From positions 1 through 48,192 of the forward strand of contig JANOTL010000157.1 in NCBI GenBank assembly GCA_031416315.1: a stretch of 48,192 nt of DNA, given 5' to 3'. This DNA comes from Pseudomonadota bacterium. Lineage in GTDB: Bacteria; Bdellovibrionota_B; Oligoflexia; Oligoflexales; CAIYRB01. Position numbers and translations under genes: made by a program. This document shows, piece by piece, positions 35,740 to 45,801 of the stretch. Every line of letters starts with the position of its first letter. The first letter of the stretch is position 1. Below the pieces are notes generated by a model that had not been told where the DNA came from, ran no database searches, and saw only the letters and a list, made by a program, of their open reading frames with translations.

Positions 35740-36921
35740 TTACAGCGCTTCGCCCGTCGGCTTCAGGTCGTTGACGTAGCTCCTGGCGAGGTCTTTCAGC
35801 TCGCCTCCTTGGCCTTCCGTCTGCAGCACTTCGCGGAAAAGGCGCAGGGCCTCGTCGGGCTTCTTGAGGTCGTCGGCGAGCAGGACGGCGAGATTGAAGC
35901 GGGCGTAGGCGTTCTCCGGAGAGACGTCGACAGCCTTGGTCAGCGAGGCTTTGGCGCCCGAGATGTTGCCCTGCTTCTTTTGCGCGATGCCGAGGGCGAC
36001 GAGCGCGTCGACGTTGTGTGGCTCGTGTGTCAGGGCCTGGATCAGGTCCGCCTCGGCGGCGCCGTACTCCAGGTTCTGCATGGCGAGAGCAGCTCGATTC
36101 ACGAGCGCCGGCGTGTAGGTGGGGCTCACCTTCAGCGCTTTGTCGTACCAAAGGCGGGCTTCGTCGAGCGTGCGCCGGCGGGCGAGGACCAGGCCCATCA
36201 GGCTCAGGAGGCGAGGATCTTCCTTGATGCGGTCGAGGCCGCGACGGACGACGAATTCGGCGACCGCGTCCCGGTTGATCGTGATGTAGCTGGTGGCGAG
36301 GGCGACGTAGGCGGGCGCGAAGTCACGCTGGACGGTCAGAAGATCGGAGAGGACTTTGTGACCTTTTTCGCGGTCGCCGCGCTCGATGTACGCGAGAGCA
36401 AGCGTGTAGCGATAGCGGAAGATGAAGCTCTGGGTCGCGCGACGATCGATGCCCAAGCCCTCTTTTACCTGCACGAGAAACTCGAAGGCGTTTTTCACGT
36501 CCTTTTTCTTTAGGAAGAGCGCGGCGAGCTCGAGGGCGGCCTCGAGGTTCTTCGGCTCTAGGCGCGTGGCCTTGCGGAAGCTGACCTCCGCGGCGCCGAT
36601 GCGGCCCAGGGCGAGCTCGGCTCGGCCTTTCTGCAAGAGCTCTTTCACGGTGCCGACGTCGGTCCAAGCGGTGACCCTTCTTTCGAGAAGGCTGCGCTCT
36701 TGGCTCGTGGGCGGCGCCTTGAAAAAGGACTGCCAGTTCATCACGGCATCGGCGGGGACCTTGCCTTCCTTCGTCGTGCCTTGGGCGATGGGGGCGTCGG
36801 GCGCGGGTTGCGCCACGTCGAGATCGTCGGATTTTCCTGGCTCGGAATCGCCTCCGGTCGACGCACAAGCGGCGAGGGCGAGCATCGCAGCGGCTAAAAT
36901 GAGGCTCTTTAGAGCACGCAT
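35740..36921 (-). CDS. TPR-repeat lipoprotein (AglT/GltE-like)
   Basis: Lipobox LAAC; multiple TPRs; terminal 'A.FNLAVL..D.LK....A...F..V'. Confidence 0.8.
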   Translation of the reverse strand: MRALKSLILAAAMLALAACASTGGDSEPGKSDDLDVAQPAPDAPIAQGTTKEGKVPADAVMNWQSFFKAPPTSQERSLLERRVTAWTDVGTVKELLQKGRAELALGRIGAAEVSFRKATRLEPKNLEAALELAALFLKKKDVKNAFEFLVQVKEGLGIDRRATQSFIFRYRYTLALAYIERGDREKGHKVLSDLLTVQRDFAPAYVALATSYITINRDAVAEFVVRRGLDRIKEDPRLLSLMGLVLARRRTLDEARLWYDKALKVSPTYTPALVNRAALAMQNLEYGAAEADLIQALTHEPHNVDALVALGIAQKKQGNISGAKASLTKAVDVSPENAYARFNLAVLLADDLKKPDEALRLFREVLQTEGQGGELKDLARSYVNDLKPTGEAL

Positions 36922-36922
36922 C

Positions 36923-39900
36923 TCACAGGCTCCATTCCGAAGGCAGGTTGTCTTGCAGCGAAGCCGGCATCACTTCGCGGTGGCGCGTCTCGGGCTTTTT
37001 CGAGACGTCGCCGGAAAGGCGTAGCATGGACTTCTTGACCCACTCGTTGTCGCGGTAACGCGCCGGATCCTTGCGCGCGACCACCGCGTTGGTGCCGTGG
37101 TACTTCCGGGCGAGCGCGGAGAGGCGCTCGATCGTCGCTTTAAAGCGATTCTGCGTACGCAGGTTGACGCCTTCGGTGGTCTTGACGGGGATCGACGCGA
37201 CCTCGTCGGCGAAGGCTTCCGCGGCGGTGCCGAGCTCGTAGCGCGCGCGCGTGGCCCAGGCGGGGTTGCCTGCGGCGGCGGCGCGGTCGAAGTTGGAGAC
37301 GAGCTCCTCGAAATAGCGGCTCTTGACCGCGATGTTGTCCGCGACGTTACCCGCGCGCTCGATGACGTTGAAGTCGTCGAAACGGCGGCGGGCTTCCTCG
37401 CCGAGAAGGTAGTGGGTTTCGCCCGCGACCGCAGCGTAGTCCTCGGAGCGCATCGTCTGCCGCTGCCGCTCCAGGGTCTTGGCCAGGATGGCGAGCTGGT
37501 CGAGGGAGTCCTGCTCGGCGCCGACCTTGAACGTCGATTTGGCGACGAGAAGCTGGGCTTTCAACTTCTCGGTCGTCGAGGAGCTGGCGCGCAGGCGCTT
37601 GCGCGACAGCTCGAGGGCCTTGTCGGGATTCTCCGCCTTGGCGAGGTAGTCGACGGCGAGCTCGAAGGACTTGATGCGTTCGTCGCCGTTTTTCTCGCGC
37701 TCCCCCAAGGCGGTCGTCGCCTCGGCGGCGAGGGCGTAGTCGCCCTCCGCAACGGCGAGCTTCTCGGCGCGCTGGAGGCTGGCGACAGCGCGCGGGTGCG
37801 CGGGGAAGCGGTCGCCGACGAGGAAATAAGTCTTCGCGGCATCATGGAGGCGCAGCTGGTATTCGTGCGACCGGGCCAAGAGATAGGCCATGTCGCCGCG
37901 ATTCTTGGTCAGGCCTGATTGCGCGTAGGTCTCGGCGGATTTCTGCGCCTCGGCCCACTCGCCGGCGATGGCGAGCATGTAGGCGCCGTCGCGCCAGATG
38001 CGGTCGCGGTCCGGGACGTCGCCGAACTCGGCCGCGACGTCCGTTAGGAGCTTGCCGGCTTCAAGGACGTGGCCGGCGCCGTTCAGGCGCTTGCCTTCGT
38101 CGAGCGCGGCGACCGAGAGGACGCCTCGGAGCTCGTTGGCGAGGGCGAGGCCGAGCGCGCGCCAGTCTTCCAGCTTGAGGAAGCGCCGGGTGACCTCGAC
38201 GACCTCGCCGGTGGAGCCGGTCTTCATCGTGGCGAAGATGATGCCGCGGATGGCGATGCCGCGTTGCGCCGGGCTCGGCTGCGAGACGAGCGCGCGTTGC
38301 CAATAGCGCGAGGCTTTGTCGAAGGTCTGCATGTCGCGGTTGACGCTGGCGCCGACGAGGAGGAGGTCGACGGAGCGCGATTGCGCCGGGAAGCGAGCGG
38401 CGAACTCGTCGATCGATTTCTCCAGGCCGGCGAGGGCGCGGACGGTGTCGGCGGATTTGAGCGGGTCGACGCCTTGTTCGGCGAGCTTGCCGAAGAGCTC
38501 GCGCCAGCGGCGCTCCGTGGAAAGGACCTGTTGATAGCCCGCGACCTGCAGGGTCTCCGCGTCGACCTTGTAATCCGCTTTCAGCTCGCCGTAGAGGTTC
38601 GAGGCGGCGTCGTAGTCACCGGCGAAATAGTGGCAGTGCGCGCGGCGCAGGCGCCAGTCGTTGGATTCGACGAGATTCGGGCCGTGGCCGAGAAGGAGGT
38701 CGTAGAAGGAGGAGGAGGTCTGGAAGGTCTTCGCGTTGCCGGAGCCGAGGGCCGCGTCATAATAGTACGTGGCGACCGCGACGGCCGCGGGGACCGCGCG
38801 TTTTTCCATCTTCTTCACGGACTCGAGGTCGTCCTTGTGGCGCGAGCGCCAGAGGGATTGCGCCGGGAGAAGGAGCGCCAGCTTTTCGAGGGCGGCGATG
38901 CGCTTCGGGGTTTTGCCCAGCTTCTGCCAAGAGTCGGCGGTGACGGCCAGAGTGTCTGGCGTCTCCTTCGAGAGCGGGAACTTGTCGGCTACGAACTCGC
39001 CGAGGGTGCTCGCTTCGCCGTGAATGCCGTTGGCGTTGTAGCGGGTGACGGCGCGGAGGCCGATGGCGCCGCCGAACTCGGAGAGCTCCTTGCGGCCGAG
39101 GACCTCCTTCGACTTGGCGAAGGCGTTGGCCTCGTAGAGCGCGTCGCCCATCATGTCGACGGCGTCCTGCTGGATCTTCTCGCGTTGCTCGACGGTCTTG
39201 GCGCGACGGCCGGGAACGAGGACCTCGGCGCCAGCGCGGATCACGACGTTGAGCTCGGCGGCGCGGTAGGCGGCCCACGCGAGGCGATAGTTGATGCGCA
39301 GGCGCTCGTACTCCGGGTCCTCGGCGTCGACGTCGGGGAGGAGCTCCAGGGCCTTGTCGTAGGCTTTGACGGCTTCAGCGGCGCGCTCGCGCATGAAGAG
39401 ATGGTCGCCCAGGGCGACGCGGGCGTGGACGCCGTGCAGGCTGGTTTTCGCAGTGGCGGCGAGAGATTGCCAGGCGGTGAGCGCTTCGTCGTCGCGGTCC
39501 AGGGATTCGAGGACGACGGCGCGGAGGTAGTGGGCTTGCTCGCGATAGACGAAGGTCGGGTACTGCTCCTCGATGTCCCGAAGGAGGGCAAGAGCTTCGC
39601 TCTTCGCGAAGGTGCCGGCGTTGGCGTCGCCCTTTTGAAGGTGGTCGCCGATGAGGTTGTGGATCTGCGCCAGGTTCAGCATGACGAAAGGGCGGTTGTC
39701 GGCGCCTTCGTGCTTTTCCAGGTGGTCCTTGTATTTTTCGGCCGCGCGCTGCAGCGCCTCGAGCTCCTGGACGGAGACCTTCGCCTTTTTCTCGAGGTAG
39801 GCGCGCTTGACGGAGTCCCAAGAATCCTTGAAACGCTTGACCCCGTCTTTGGTGAGCTTCTCCTCATACGAGTCGAAGGCGCCCCAATATTCCTTGAAGG

Positions 39901-40012
39901 CGTCGAGAGCCTTTGCGTCGACCTTCTCCGGGGGGATCGGCGCCTCGGCCGTGGCAACCTCGGCGCACAGGAGGGCGAAGAGCGCCAGAAGGATGCGTTT
40001 TACTTGGGCCAT
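36923..40012 (-). CDS. Large exported TPR protein (AgmU/GltD-like)
   Basis: Signal peptide after MAQVKR; about 1030 aa all-helical TPR array with 'FP' turns. Confidence 0.8.
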   Translation of the reverse strand: MAQVKRILLALFALLCAEVATAEAPIPPEKVDAKALDAFKEYWGAFDSYEEKLTKDGVKRFKDSWDSVKRAYLEKKAKVSVQELEALQRAAEKYKDHLEKHEGADNRPFVMLNLAQIHNLIGDHLQKGDANAGTFAKSEALALLRDIEEQYPTFVYREQAHYLRAVVLESLDRDDEALTAWQSLAATAKTSLHGVHARVALGDHLFMRERAAEAVKAYDKALELLPDVDAEDPEYERLRINYRLAWAAYRAAELNVVIRAGAEVLVPGRRAKTVEQREKIQQDAVDMMGDALYEANAFAKSKEVLGRKELSEFGGAIGLRAVTRYNANGIHGEASTLGEFVADKFPLSKETPDTLAVTADSWQKLGKTPKRIAALEKLALLLPAQSLWRSRHKDDLESVKKMEKRAVPAAVAVATYYYDAALGSGNAKTFQTSSSFYDLLLGHGPNLVESNDWRLRRAHCHYFAGDYDAASNLYGELKADYKVDAETLQVAGYQQVLSTERRWRELFGKLAEQGVDPLKSADTVRALAGLEKSIDEFAARFPAQSRSVDLLLVGASVNRDMQTFDKASRYWQRALVSQPSPAQRGIAIRGIIFATMKTGSTGEVVEVTRRFLKLEDWRALGLALANELRGVLSVAALDEGKRLNGAGHVLEAGKLLTDVAAEFGDVPDRDRIWRDGAYMLAIAGEWAEAQKSAETYAQSGLTKNRGDMAYLLARSHEYQLRLHDAAKTYFLVGDRFPAHPRAVASLQRAEKLAVAEGDYALAAEATTALGEREKNGDERIKSFELAVDYLAKAENPDKALELSRKRLRASSSTTEKLKAQLLVAKSTFKVGAEQDSLDQLAILAKTLERQRQTMRSEDYAAVAGETHYLLGEEARRRFDDFNVIERAGNVADNIAVKSRYFEELVSNFDRAAAAGNPAWATRARYELGTAAEAFADEVASIPVKTTEGVNLRTQNRFKATIERLSALARKYHGTNAVVARKDPARYRDNEWVKKSMLRLSGDVSKKPETRHREVMPASLQDNLPSEWSL

Positions 40013-42318
40013 GACCACAAGACTCCTTGCTCGAGATCCGTGAGATTGTCTTTGAGGATCTGCTGTTCGAGTTGAAAGCGAGCGTCGACCTTCCGGCCTT
40101 CGTCGGTCTGCGCCTTGAATTCGAGCCATTCCAGGTCGGCCCGCCACTTTTTATGCCGCGACATGCGCGCGTCGACGGCGCCCGAGTACTGATCGACGAT
40201 CGAGGCGAGGGAGAGCCCGAGCCGGGATTCGAGCTGCTCAGTGATCGCCTCGACGCCTTCGCGGAGCTTGTCGTGCTCGGCTTCCTGGCGCTCGATGTCG
40301 GCCAAGACCTGCGCTAGGCCCTTCTCGATCTCGCGATCGAGCTCGTCGATGTCGTCGAAGAGCTCTTTGGTGACGAACTCCCAGCGCTTCCACGCCGACT
40401 GGGCATCCTGGGCCAGCAAACGCTCGGAGGGCGTGCGGGCGCCGTCGCGGGCCTTTTTGATCAGCTCGGACTCCTCGTGAAGGGAGACCGCATACTGCGT
40501 TAGGAATTTCCGGGCGGCGCGGTGCGGCGCCTGATCGAGGAGGGCGGCGACGCGCTTTTTGCGGATCTGCTCCACGTTACGGGCGATCGTCTCGGAGATC
40601 TTGGCGGCGCCGGACTCGAGCTCGGCTATGCGCTGCGAGGCGGCGGCGTTGCCGGATTGAGCGAGGCGCAAGCGGGCCGCGGCTAGCTCGGCGCGGGCTC
40701 TTTTCAGCTTGGCGTCGCCTTCTGCGGCGTCCCGGTCGAGGTCGACTAAGCTGGCGTAGGTGGGCCAGTAGCGCATTCTGCGGGCGATGTCGGCCTGCGG
40801 GGTCAAGAGGCGCGTGCGCCGCTCTTCCGCAGCGGTGAGCGCTTGCCAGTCGATCGCGTCCAGGCTTTTTTGGTAGAGGTGACGCTCAGCGGCGGCGAGG
40901 CGGTGGCCGACTTCGAGCGCCTCGTCGCCGAGGCGGGCGAGCTGCTCGGCGCGGTTCACCCATTGCGGGCGGAAGGCGTCGATCTGGACGCGGCCGATCG
41001 TGAACGAGAGGTTCCTGAGCTCGCCGCGGGCGTCGGCCAGGCGGCGCGAGATCTCGCCCAGCTTCGCGAACTGCGCGAGGCCTTCGGCGACGGTGGGCGT
41101 GGGCTTGATCTGGGCGTTGGACAGCGCGTTGAGCTCGATGAGCGTGCTCTGGTCGAGCTTCGTGCGGGTGCTCAGCTTGGCGCCGAGGAAGCCGGAGATC
41201 TTGGCGAGATGCGTGTCGGCGCCAGCGATCGAGGAGCGCGCCGAAGCGACGTCGCCCGCGCGCAAGTCGAGGTAAGCGAGGAGCGTGCGGAGCTGGAAGG
41301 AGGACGGATCGTCCGGATGGCGGGCGATGAACTGCATGGCCTTCGTGCGGGCGTCGCCGTCCTGCTTCAGATCGAGGTGGACGTAGACGCTTTCGAACAA
41401 GGCGTCGCGGAAAGCCGGGGATTCGTCGTCGATGGCGTCGTAATACTCGAGCGCGGTCTCGCGGTGTTTTTGCCGGACGGCCAGGCGAGCCAAGGCGAGG
41501 CGGGCAAGCGATTCGGTCTCACCGTCTTCCTCGTCCTCTTGGATGGCGTCGGCGAGGAGATCTTCGGCTTTTTCGAATTCGCGGTGATTCAAGGCGATGA
41601 GCGCGCGGAGGTAGAGGCCTTTGGCCTTCAGCGTGTCGTCCTTGGCTTGCGCTTTCGGGTCGTCGAGAAAGCGCGTGGCGATCTGGACGTTGCCATCGTG
41701 GGCCGCGGCTTTCGCGGCCGCGAAGTAGACGGCGGGACGCACGGCCTCGGGGAGGTCTAGGGTGGTGACGGAGGCAAGGAGCTCGTTCAGCTGATGATTG
41801 GAGGACTCGTCCTTCGCGGCGATCGGAAGCATGCGGCGCAAGACGTCGAGCAAGCGGTCGTGGCTCGCGTCCTTGACGCTGGCCGTGAGGTAGTGCGCGA
41901 GGTAGCGGAAGTACGCGCGCAGAGCCTTCGTGGGATAGCCGATCGACTCGTAGCTGTGGCCGAGCATCCACTGCGCGTCGAGGTAGGTCTTGGTTTCAGG
42001 GACCTGCGTCAGGTTCAGGAACGTGTTCAGCTCCCGCACCGTGGAGAGCCATTCGCGGTGCTCGAAGAATTCCTTGGCGTTGTAAAAGGCGCGGTCGGCG
42101 AAAGCGGTTTGCGGGCCCAAGCCTGGACGGCGGGACTCCTGACGGCTGGCCTCGAGGCGCCGCAAAATGTGGTCGAGCGACTCGCGCGCGGCGGCGAGCT
42201 CGGTTTCCGGGTCGCGGCCTTCTTCCGACGTAGAGCTGGAGTTGGAGACCGAAAGCAGCAGCGGCGCCGTCAGGAAGGCGGCGAGGATCACGCTGAGTTT
42301 TCCGGCGTGCTTTCTCAC
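40000..42318 (-). CDS. Exported TPR/coiled-coil protein (GltC-like)
   Basis: GTG start overlapping the upstream stop, N-terminal hydrophobic segment, TPRs ('ALFESVY'), long coiled-coil C-terminus. Confidence 0.75.
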   Translation of the reverse strand: MRKHAGKLSVILAAFLTAPLLLSVSNSSSTSEEGRDPETELAAARESLDHILRRLEASRQESRRPGLGPQTAFADRAFYNAKEFFEHREWLSTVRELNTFLNLTQVPETKTYLDAQWMLGHSYESIGYPTKALRAYFRYLAHYLTASVKDASHDRLLDVLRRMLPIAAKDESSNHQLNELLASVTTLDLPEAVRPAVYFAAAKAAAHDGNVQIATRFLDDPKAQAKDDTLKAKGLYLRALIALNHREFEKAEDLLADAIQEDEEDGETESLARLALARLAVRQKHRETALEYYDAIDDESPAFRDALFESVYVHLDLKQDGDARTKAMQFIARHPDDPSSFQLRTLLAYLDLRAGDVASARSSIAGADTHLAKISGFLGAKLSTRTKLDQSTLIELNALSNAQIKPTPTVAEGLAQFAKLGEISRRLADARGELRNLSFTIGRVQIDAFRPQWVNRAEQLARLGDEALEVGHRLAAAERHLYQKSLDAIDWQALTAAEERRTRLLTPQADIARRMRYWPTYASLVDLDRDAAEGDAKLKRARAELAAARLRLAQSGNAAASQRIAELESGAAKISETIARNVEQIRKKRVAALLDQAPHRAARKFLTQYAVSLHEESELIKKARDGARTPSERLLAQDAQSAWKRWEFVTKELFDDIDELDREIEKGLAQVLADIERQEAEHDKLREGVEAITEQLESRLGLSLASIVDQYSGAVDARMSRHKKWRADLEWLEFKAQTDEGRKVDARFQLEQQILKDNLTDLEQGVLWSWPK

Positions 42319-43052
42319 GAGGCTTCCTTGAGCGTGGCGTCTGCGGCACCGTCGAGCTTGGTCGGCGGCTGGATGTTGATCAGATATTTAGCGGTGCGGC
42401 TGCCGCCGGGGACGACGACGTCGAAGGTCTTGTTGATGAAGCGGTAGACGTCGCCGTTCATCGGCAAAGCCTTCTTCGGCTTCAAGGCGATGCGGGCCTC
42501 GAGGTCGACGCGGTGGTTGCCGGGCTTGAGCGGGCCGGCGTAAAGGGGGACCTGCGCGGAGGGCATCCAGATGCCGCCCGTTTCCTTCAGCTCATAGACG
42601 CCGTAGCCGTCGATTTTCACGGTGAGCGACGTGATGGCGGCGACGTCGGTGTCCGCGAGACGCGCCTCGATGGTGATGAAGTTGTCGGTGTGGGCCTCGT
42701 CCAGGATGCCTTGCTTGGTTTTCTGGACGTCGGAAGCGTAGCGATCGACGGCTTGCTCGAGCTCGGCGATCTGGCCGCCGAGCTGCTTCAGGCCGTCGAG
42801 CTCCGCCGTGGACGCGCCGATCTTCGTCTTCTTCTGGAATTTCATCGTCTCGGTCGGGCCGCCTTCGGCATCGAGAGGCGGCGGAGGCGCATTTTTCTCG
42901 CCGAACGTGAGGCCGTCGGCCTCGTGGTCCAAGAGGCGCTTCTCGAGGCGGTCGAGGACGGTATCGACCTTGGCGGCCGCCTCCTCCTGTGCGGGCGCGG
43001 GGGAGGTCGCGGAGAGGGCGAGGAGCAGGGCCGAGAGCCAGCTCTTTTTCAT
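42315..43052 (-). CDS. Exported hypothetical protein (coiled coil plus beta-sandwich)
   Basis: Signal peptide MKKSWLSALLL; 'VKIDG', 'LYAGPLKPGNHRV'; GAGG RBS; alternative start at 43070. Confidence 0.75.
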   Translation of the reverse strand: MKKSWLSALLLALSATSPAPAQEEAAAKVDTVLDRLEKRLLDHEADGLTFGEKNAPPPPLDAEGGPTETMKFQKKTKIGASTAELDGLKQLGGQIAELEQAVDRYASDVQKTKQGILDEAHTDNFITIEARLADTDVAAITSLTVKIDGYGVYELKETGGIWMPSAQVPLYAGPLKPGNHRVDLEARIALKPKKALPMNGDVYRFINKTFDVVVPGGSRTAKYLINIQPPTKLDGAADATLKEAS

Positions 43053-43056
43053 GTGT

Positions 43057-44283
43057 TTATTTCCTCGCATAGCGTTTCTTGGTCAGGTCACTGAGGGCCG
43101 TCTTCACCGGCGGGGCCAGGGTGCGGGGAACGCGCAGCTCGAAGTACGGAGGAAGCGGCCTGTCGGCGTACTTGTCGAAGGTCGATTCGAGGATGCAGGC
43201 GTTGTAGTCGGAGATGACGTCTTTGGTGAGCTGCGTGTGTTTCATGATTTCTGTAAGGGTGAGCGGGTGCTCGAGGAGGATGGATTCGCTGTCGGGAAGG
43301 GAGTGGGTGCCGATCTTGCCCTCGACGAGAAGGCGGTCGTAGACGTTGGACGCGGCGAGGAACTCGGCGTAGAAGTTGCGGCTCGCGAAGCCGTAGGACG
43401 GCGAGTCGTAGCGCTTGATGATCTCGGCGATGTCCCGCGTGCCGACCTTTTTCACCGCGCTCATCATGCCGGCTTTGCCGTGGTTGTACGCGGTGATCGC
43501 GAGTGGCCAAGCTTTCAGATCTCGATAGTTCTCGAGAAGAAACTGCGCGGCCGCGCGTGTGGCCTTGAGCGGAGCATTGCGCTCGTCGACGAGGCCGTTG
43601 ACGTAAATGTAGTTGCGGGCCGTGTCGGGCATGAACTGCCAGATGCCAGAGGCGCCGACCTTCGAGCGGGCGCGGAGGTTGAACATGGATTCGACGAACG
43701 GGAGGCGTGTGAGCTTCACCGGGACGCCGTACTGGCGGAAGGTGCGCTCGAAGGCCGGTAGATACGCTTGCGCCGTGGTGGCGGCTTTCAAGAAGTCGTC
43801 GGAGAGGCCGGTTTGCGCGCGGATCTTGAGCTCGCCGCTTAGCAGGCGCTTGAGCGAGGCGGGATCTTTGCGGTAGACGGCGAGGAGGCGCTTTTCGATG
43901 GCGCCGTGGCGTGTGGCGCTCTCGCCCTCCGCGGCGAAGCGTTCGACGGCTTTTGTGTAGCGCTTCACGTATTTGGTGGTGACGACGTCGCGATCTTTGC
44001 GCGGGACCGGCTTGGCGCGGTCGGCGCTCTTGGCGAAGAGTCGGTAGTCGATGATGTCGATGATGCGGTCGGTGTCGGCGGATTCGTGGACGATCACGGT
44101 GGTCGACGGGAATTTGCCGAAGACCTTTTCCCAGAAGCGCACTTGCTTGCGGGCGATCGCCGGCTTCGGGAACGCGTCGTCGTCGGGGGCCATCGGCTTT
44201 TGTTTGACGACGGCGGCCGCCTCGCATGCGGCGCACGCGAACGCGATGACGAGCGTAAACAGGGCGCGGACGGCGCGTTTCAA
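43057..44283 (-). CDS. Lytic transglycosylase (SLT, MltD-like)
   Basis: 'LPFVESMFN..A.SKVGASGIWQFM..T', 'WPLAITAYNHG', 'GFASRNFY.EFLAA'. Confidence 0.92.
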   Translation of the reverse strand: MKRAVRALFTLVIAFACAACEAAAVVKQKPMAPDDDAFPKPAIARKQVRFWEKVFGKFPSTTVIVHESADTDRIIDIIDYRLFAKSADRAKPVPRKDRDVVTTKYVKRYTKAVERFAAEGESATRHGAIEKRLLAVYRKDPASLKRLLSGELKIRAQTGLSDDFLKAATTAQAYLPAFERTFRQYGVPVKLTRLPFVESMFNLRARSKVGASGIWQFMPDTARNYIYVNGLVDERNAPLKATRAAAQFLLENYRDLKAWPLAITAYNHGKAGMMSAVKKVGTRDIAEIIKRYDSPSYGFASRNFYAEFLAASNVYDRLLVEGKIGTHSLPDSESILLEHPLTLTEIMKHTQLTKDVISDYNACILESTFDKYADRPLPPYFELRVPRTLAPPVKTALSDLTKKRYARK

Positions 44284-44456
44284 GGGATGGGGCTCCGAGG
44301 GGACGGAGGAGGGGCGGGAAGGCGGGTCTATCGTAGTTGATGGTAACCGGCGGAATCATGGGGTCTCAACGAGACGAAATTGCCGAGCGGGGCGAGGGAG
44401 CGGAATCGGCTGCGGAAAGTGCGGACTTTTCGGCGAAGGCTGCGCCAGGGCAAGCG

Positions 44457-44486
44457 TTGACGGGTCCTTGGGGGTGGCCTTAGGAT
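44457..44486 (+). promoter_or_regulatory. Putative sigma70 promoter
   Basis: TTGACG-N18-TAGGAT, 35 bp upstream of the ATG at 44522. Confidence 0.5.
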
Positions 44487-44521
44487 TGAGGATATCCCCA
44501 ACACGTCCTTCCCGAGGCTTT

Positions 44522-45499
44522 ATGCAGGTCGCCACCCTTCGCGCCATGACCGTCGTCGTCCTCGCTCTCACCGCGTGTAAGTCCCCGAATGGCCGCGGCG
44601 ACGCGAGCGCCGTGAAGGATCTCGAGGACACGCAGCAGATCAACTACGTCCCCGGCGACAACAAGTACTTCGTCATCTGTCGCGAAGGAAAGCTGCACAA
44701 GGGGAACAAGAACGCGATCGTGACCAAGGAAGAGCTCAAGGACGTGTGCGAGGATCAGGTCTCGAGCGGTGGCGGCGGGAACCAGCCGCCGCCGAGCGGC
44801 GGCGGTGGTGGCGGCAACGTCGGCATCGGCGCGGATCTCGCGTCCTGCGGCGCCTTGCCGGAGAAGGTGAAGGCGCTGACGATCGCGTTCTCGCCCGCGT
44901 ACTCGGTCCAGCAGGCCGCCGTCGCGCCGGCCGTCGCGAAGCAGCAGCTTTGCATCGGGACGGTGAACGGACTGAAGACGCTCGCGGAGAAGAGCCCATC
45001 GGTCTTCAAATTTTTAACCGGGGCCGTGTCCCAGAATCCGATCTTAGTGCTGATCGACGTGAAGGACGCGGCCGTTTCCTACGTCGCCGAGGACTTCGTC
45101 CTGACCGTGCCGTCGAAGATCTCCGATCAGACGGTGGAGCAGGTCGGCGCGGCGCTCGAGTCGAGCAACGTCTCGCTTTGCGCCGACAACACGATGAAAG
45201 TCGACAAGTCGTGCTGGTACAAGCTCGAGGTGAACATCAGCTGCGCCGAGCATTGCGCGAAGATGCAACAGGTCCCGGACCAGAAGAACATCACGTTCGC
45301 GGGAACCGGCGGCACGATCGAAGGTTGCTCCGCGGTCGCCGGCGCTTGGGGCTTCGGTCCGGCGAAGGACGAGAGCGGCTGCGATCCGAAGGACATCGGC
45401 TGCTCTTGGCAGAATGGCGTCGCGGTACGCTGCACGGCCGCTCCCACGACCCAAGAAGGCAAGCACGAGTCACGAGCCCGCTTCTGCGCCTGCAAGTGA
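44522..45499 (+). CDS. Cys-rich lipoprotein
   Basis: GAGG RBS, lipobox LTAC, Gly/Pro linker, C-terminal 'CWY.....SC...C...GC...RFCACK' module. Confidence 0.8.
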   Translation: MQVATLRAMTVVVLALTACKSPNGRGDASAVKDLEDTQQINYVPGDNKYFVICREGKLHKGNKNAIVTKEELKDVCEDQVSSGGGGNQPPPSGGGGGGNVGIGADLASCGALPEKVKALTIAFSPAYSVQQAAVAPAVAKQQLCIGTVNGLKTLAEKSPSVFKFLTGAVSQNPILVLIDVKDAAVSYVAEDFVLTVPSKISDQTVEQVGAALESSNVSLCADNTMKVDKSCWYKLEVNISCAEHCAKMQQVPDQKNITFAGTGGTIEGCSAVAGAWGFGPAKDESGCDPKDIGCSWQNGVAVRCTAAPTTQEGKHESRARFCACK

Positions 45500-45596
45500 G
45501 CGAGAGAGCGACCAGTTAATAGAATCAAGGGGTTATCGAAAATCGCGCTTGACCTCTGCCTGGCGGGCGTGAGATCCAGAGGGATCCCTTTGGTTA

Positions 45597-45672
45597 CGGG
45601 CTGTAGCGCAGTTGGTAGCGCGCATGCTTGGGGTGCATGAGGTCGTGGGTTCGAATCCCGCCAGCCCGACCA
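45597..45672 (+). tRNA. tRNA-Pro(GGG)
   Basis: CGGGCTG-TA-GCGC..GCGC-G-CATGC-TTGGGGT-GCATG-AGGTC-GTGGG-TTCGAAT-CCCGC-CAGCCCG-A-CCA. Confidence 0.96.
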
Positions 45673-45801
45673 TTCTCTTGAGCCAGTCCTGGCTCGGAGT
45701 GAAATTCGGAAAACCGAAGAAGAGTTAGAGCGTTGAACTAAATCGAGGTTCCTCGGTCTCGCCTCGTTAATCACGCGAAATAACGGGAAATCACAGGTCG
45801 C

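Noticed and set aside
38069..40075. Long alternative ORFs (e.g. 38069-40075 +, 6592-7998 -, 23808-25070 -, 43088-44359 -)
   Set aside because: Shadow frames of well-supported genes in high-GC DNA; Arg/Ala/Pro-rich or antisense-mirror composition with no motifs.
17710..44387. Exact 18-bp direct repeat CGAGACGAAATTGCCGAG at 17710-17727 and 44370-44387, considered as att sites
   Set aside because: The enclosed 26.7 kb holds housekeeping genes (carAB, thiolase, tRNA) and no intact recombinase, and one copy is coding sequence. Most likely chance.
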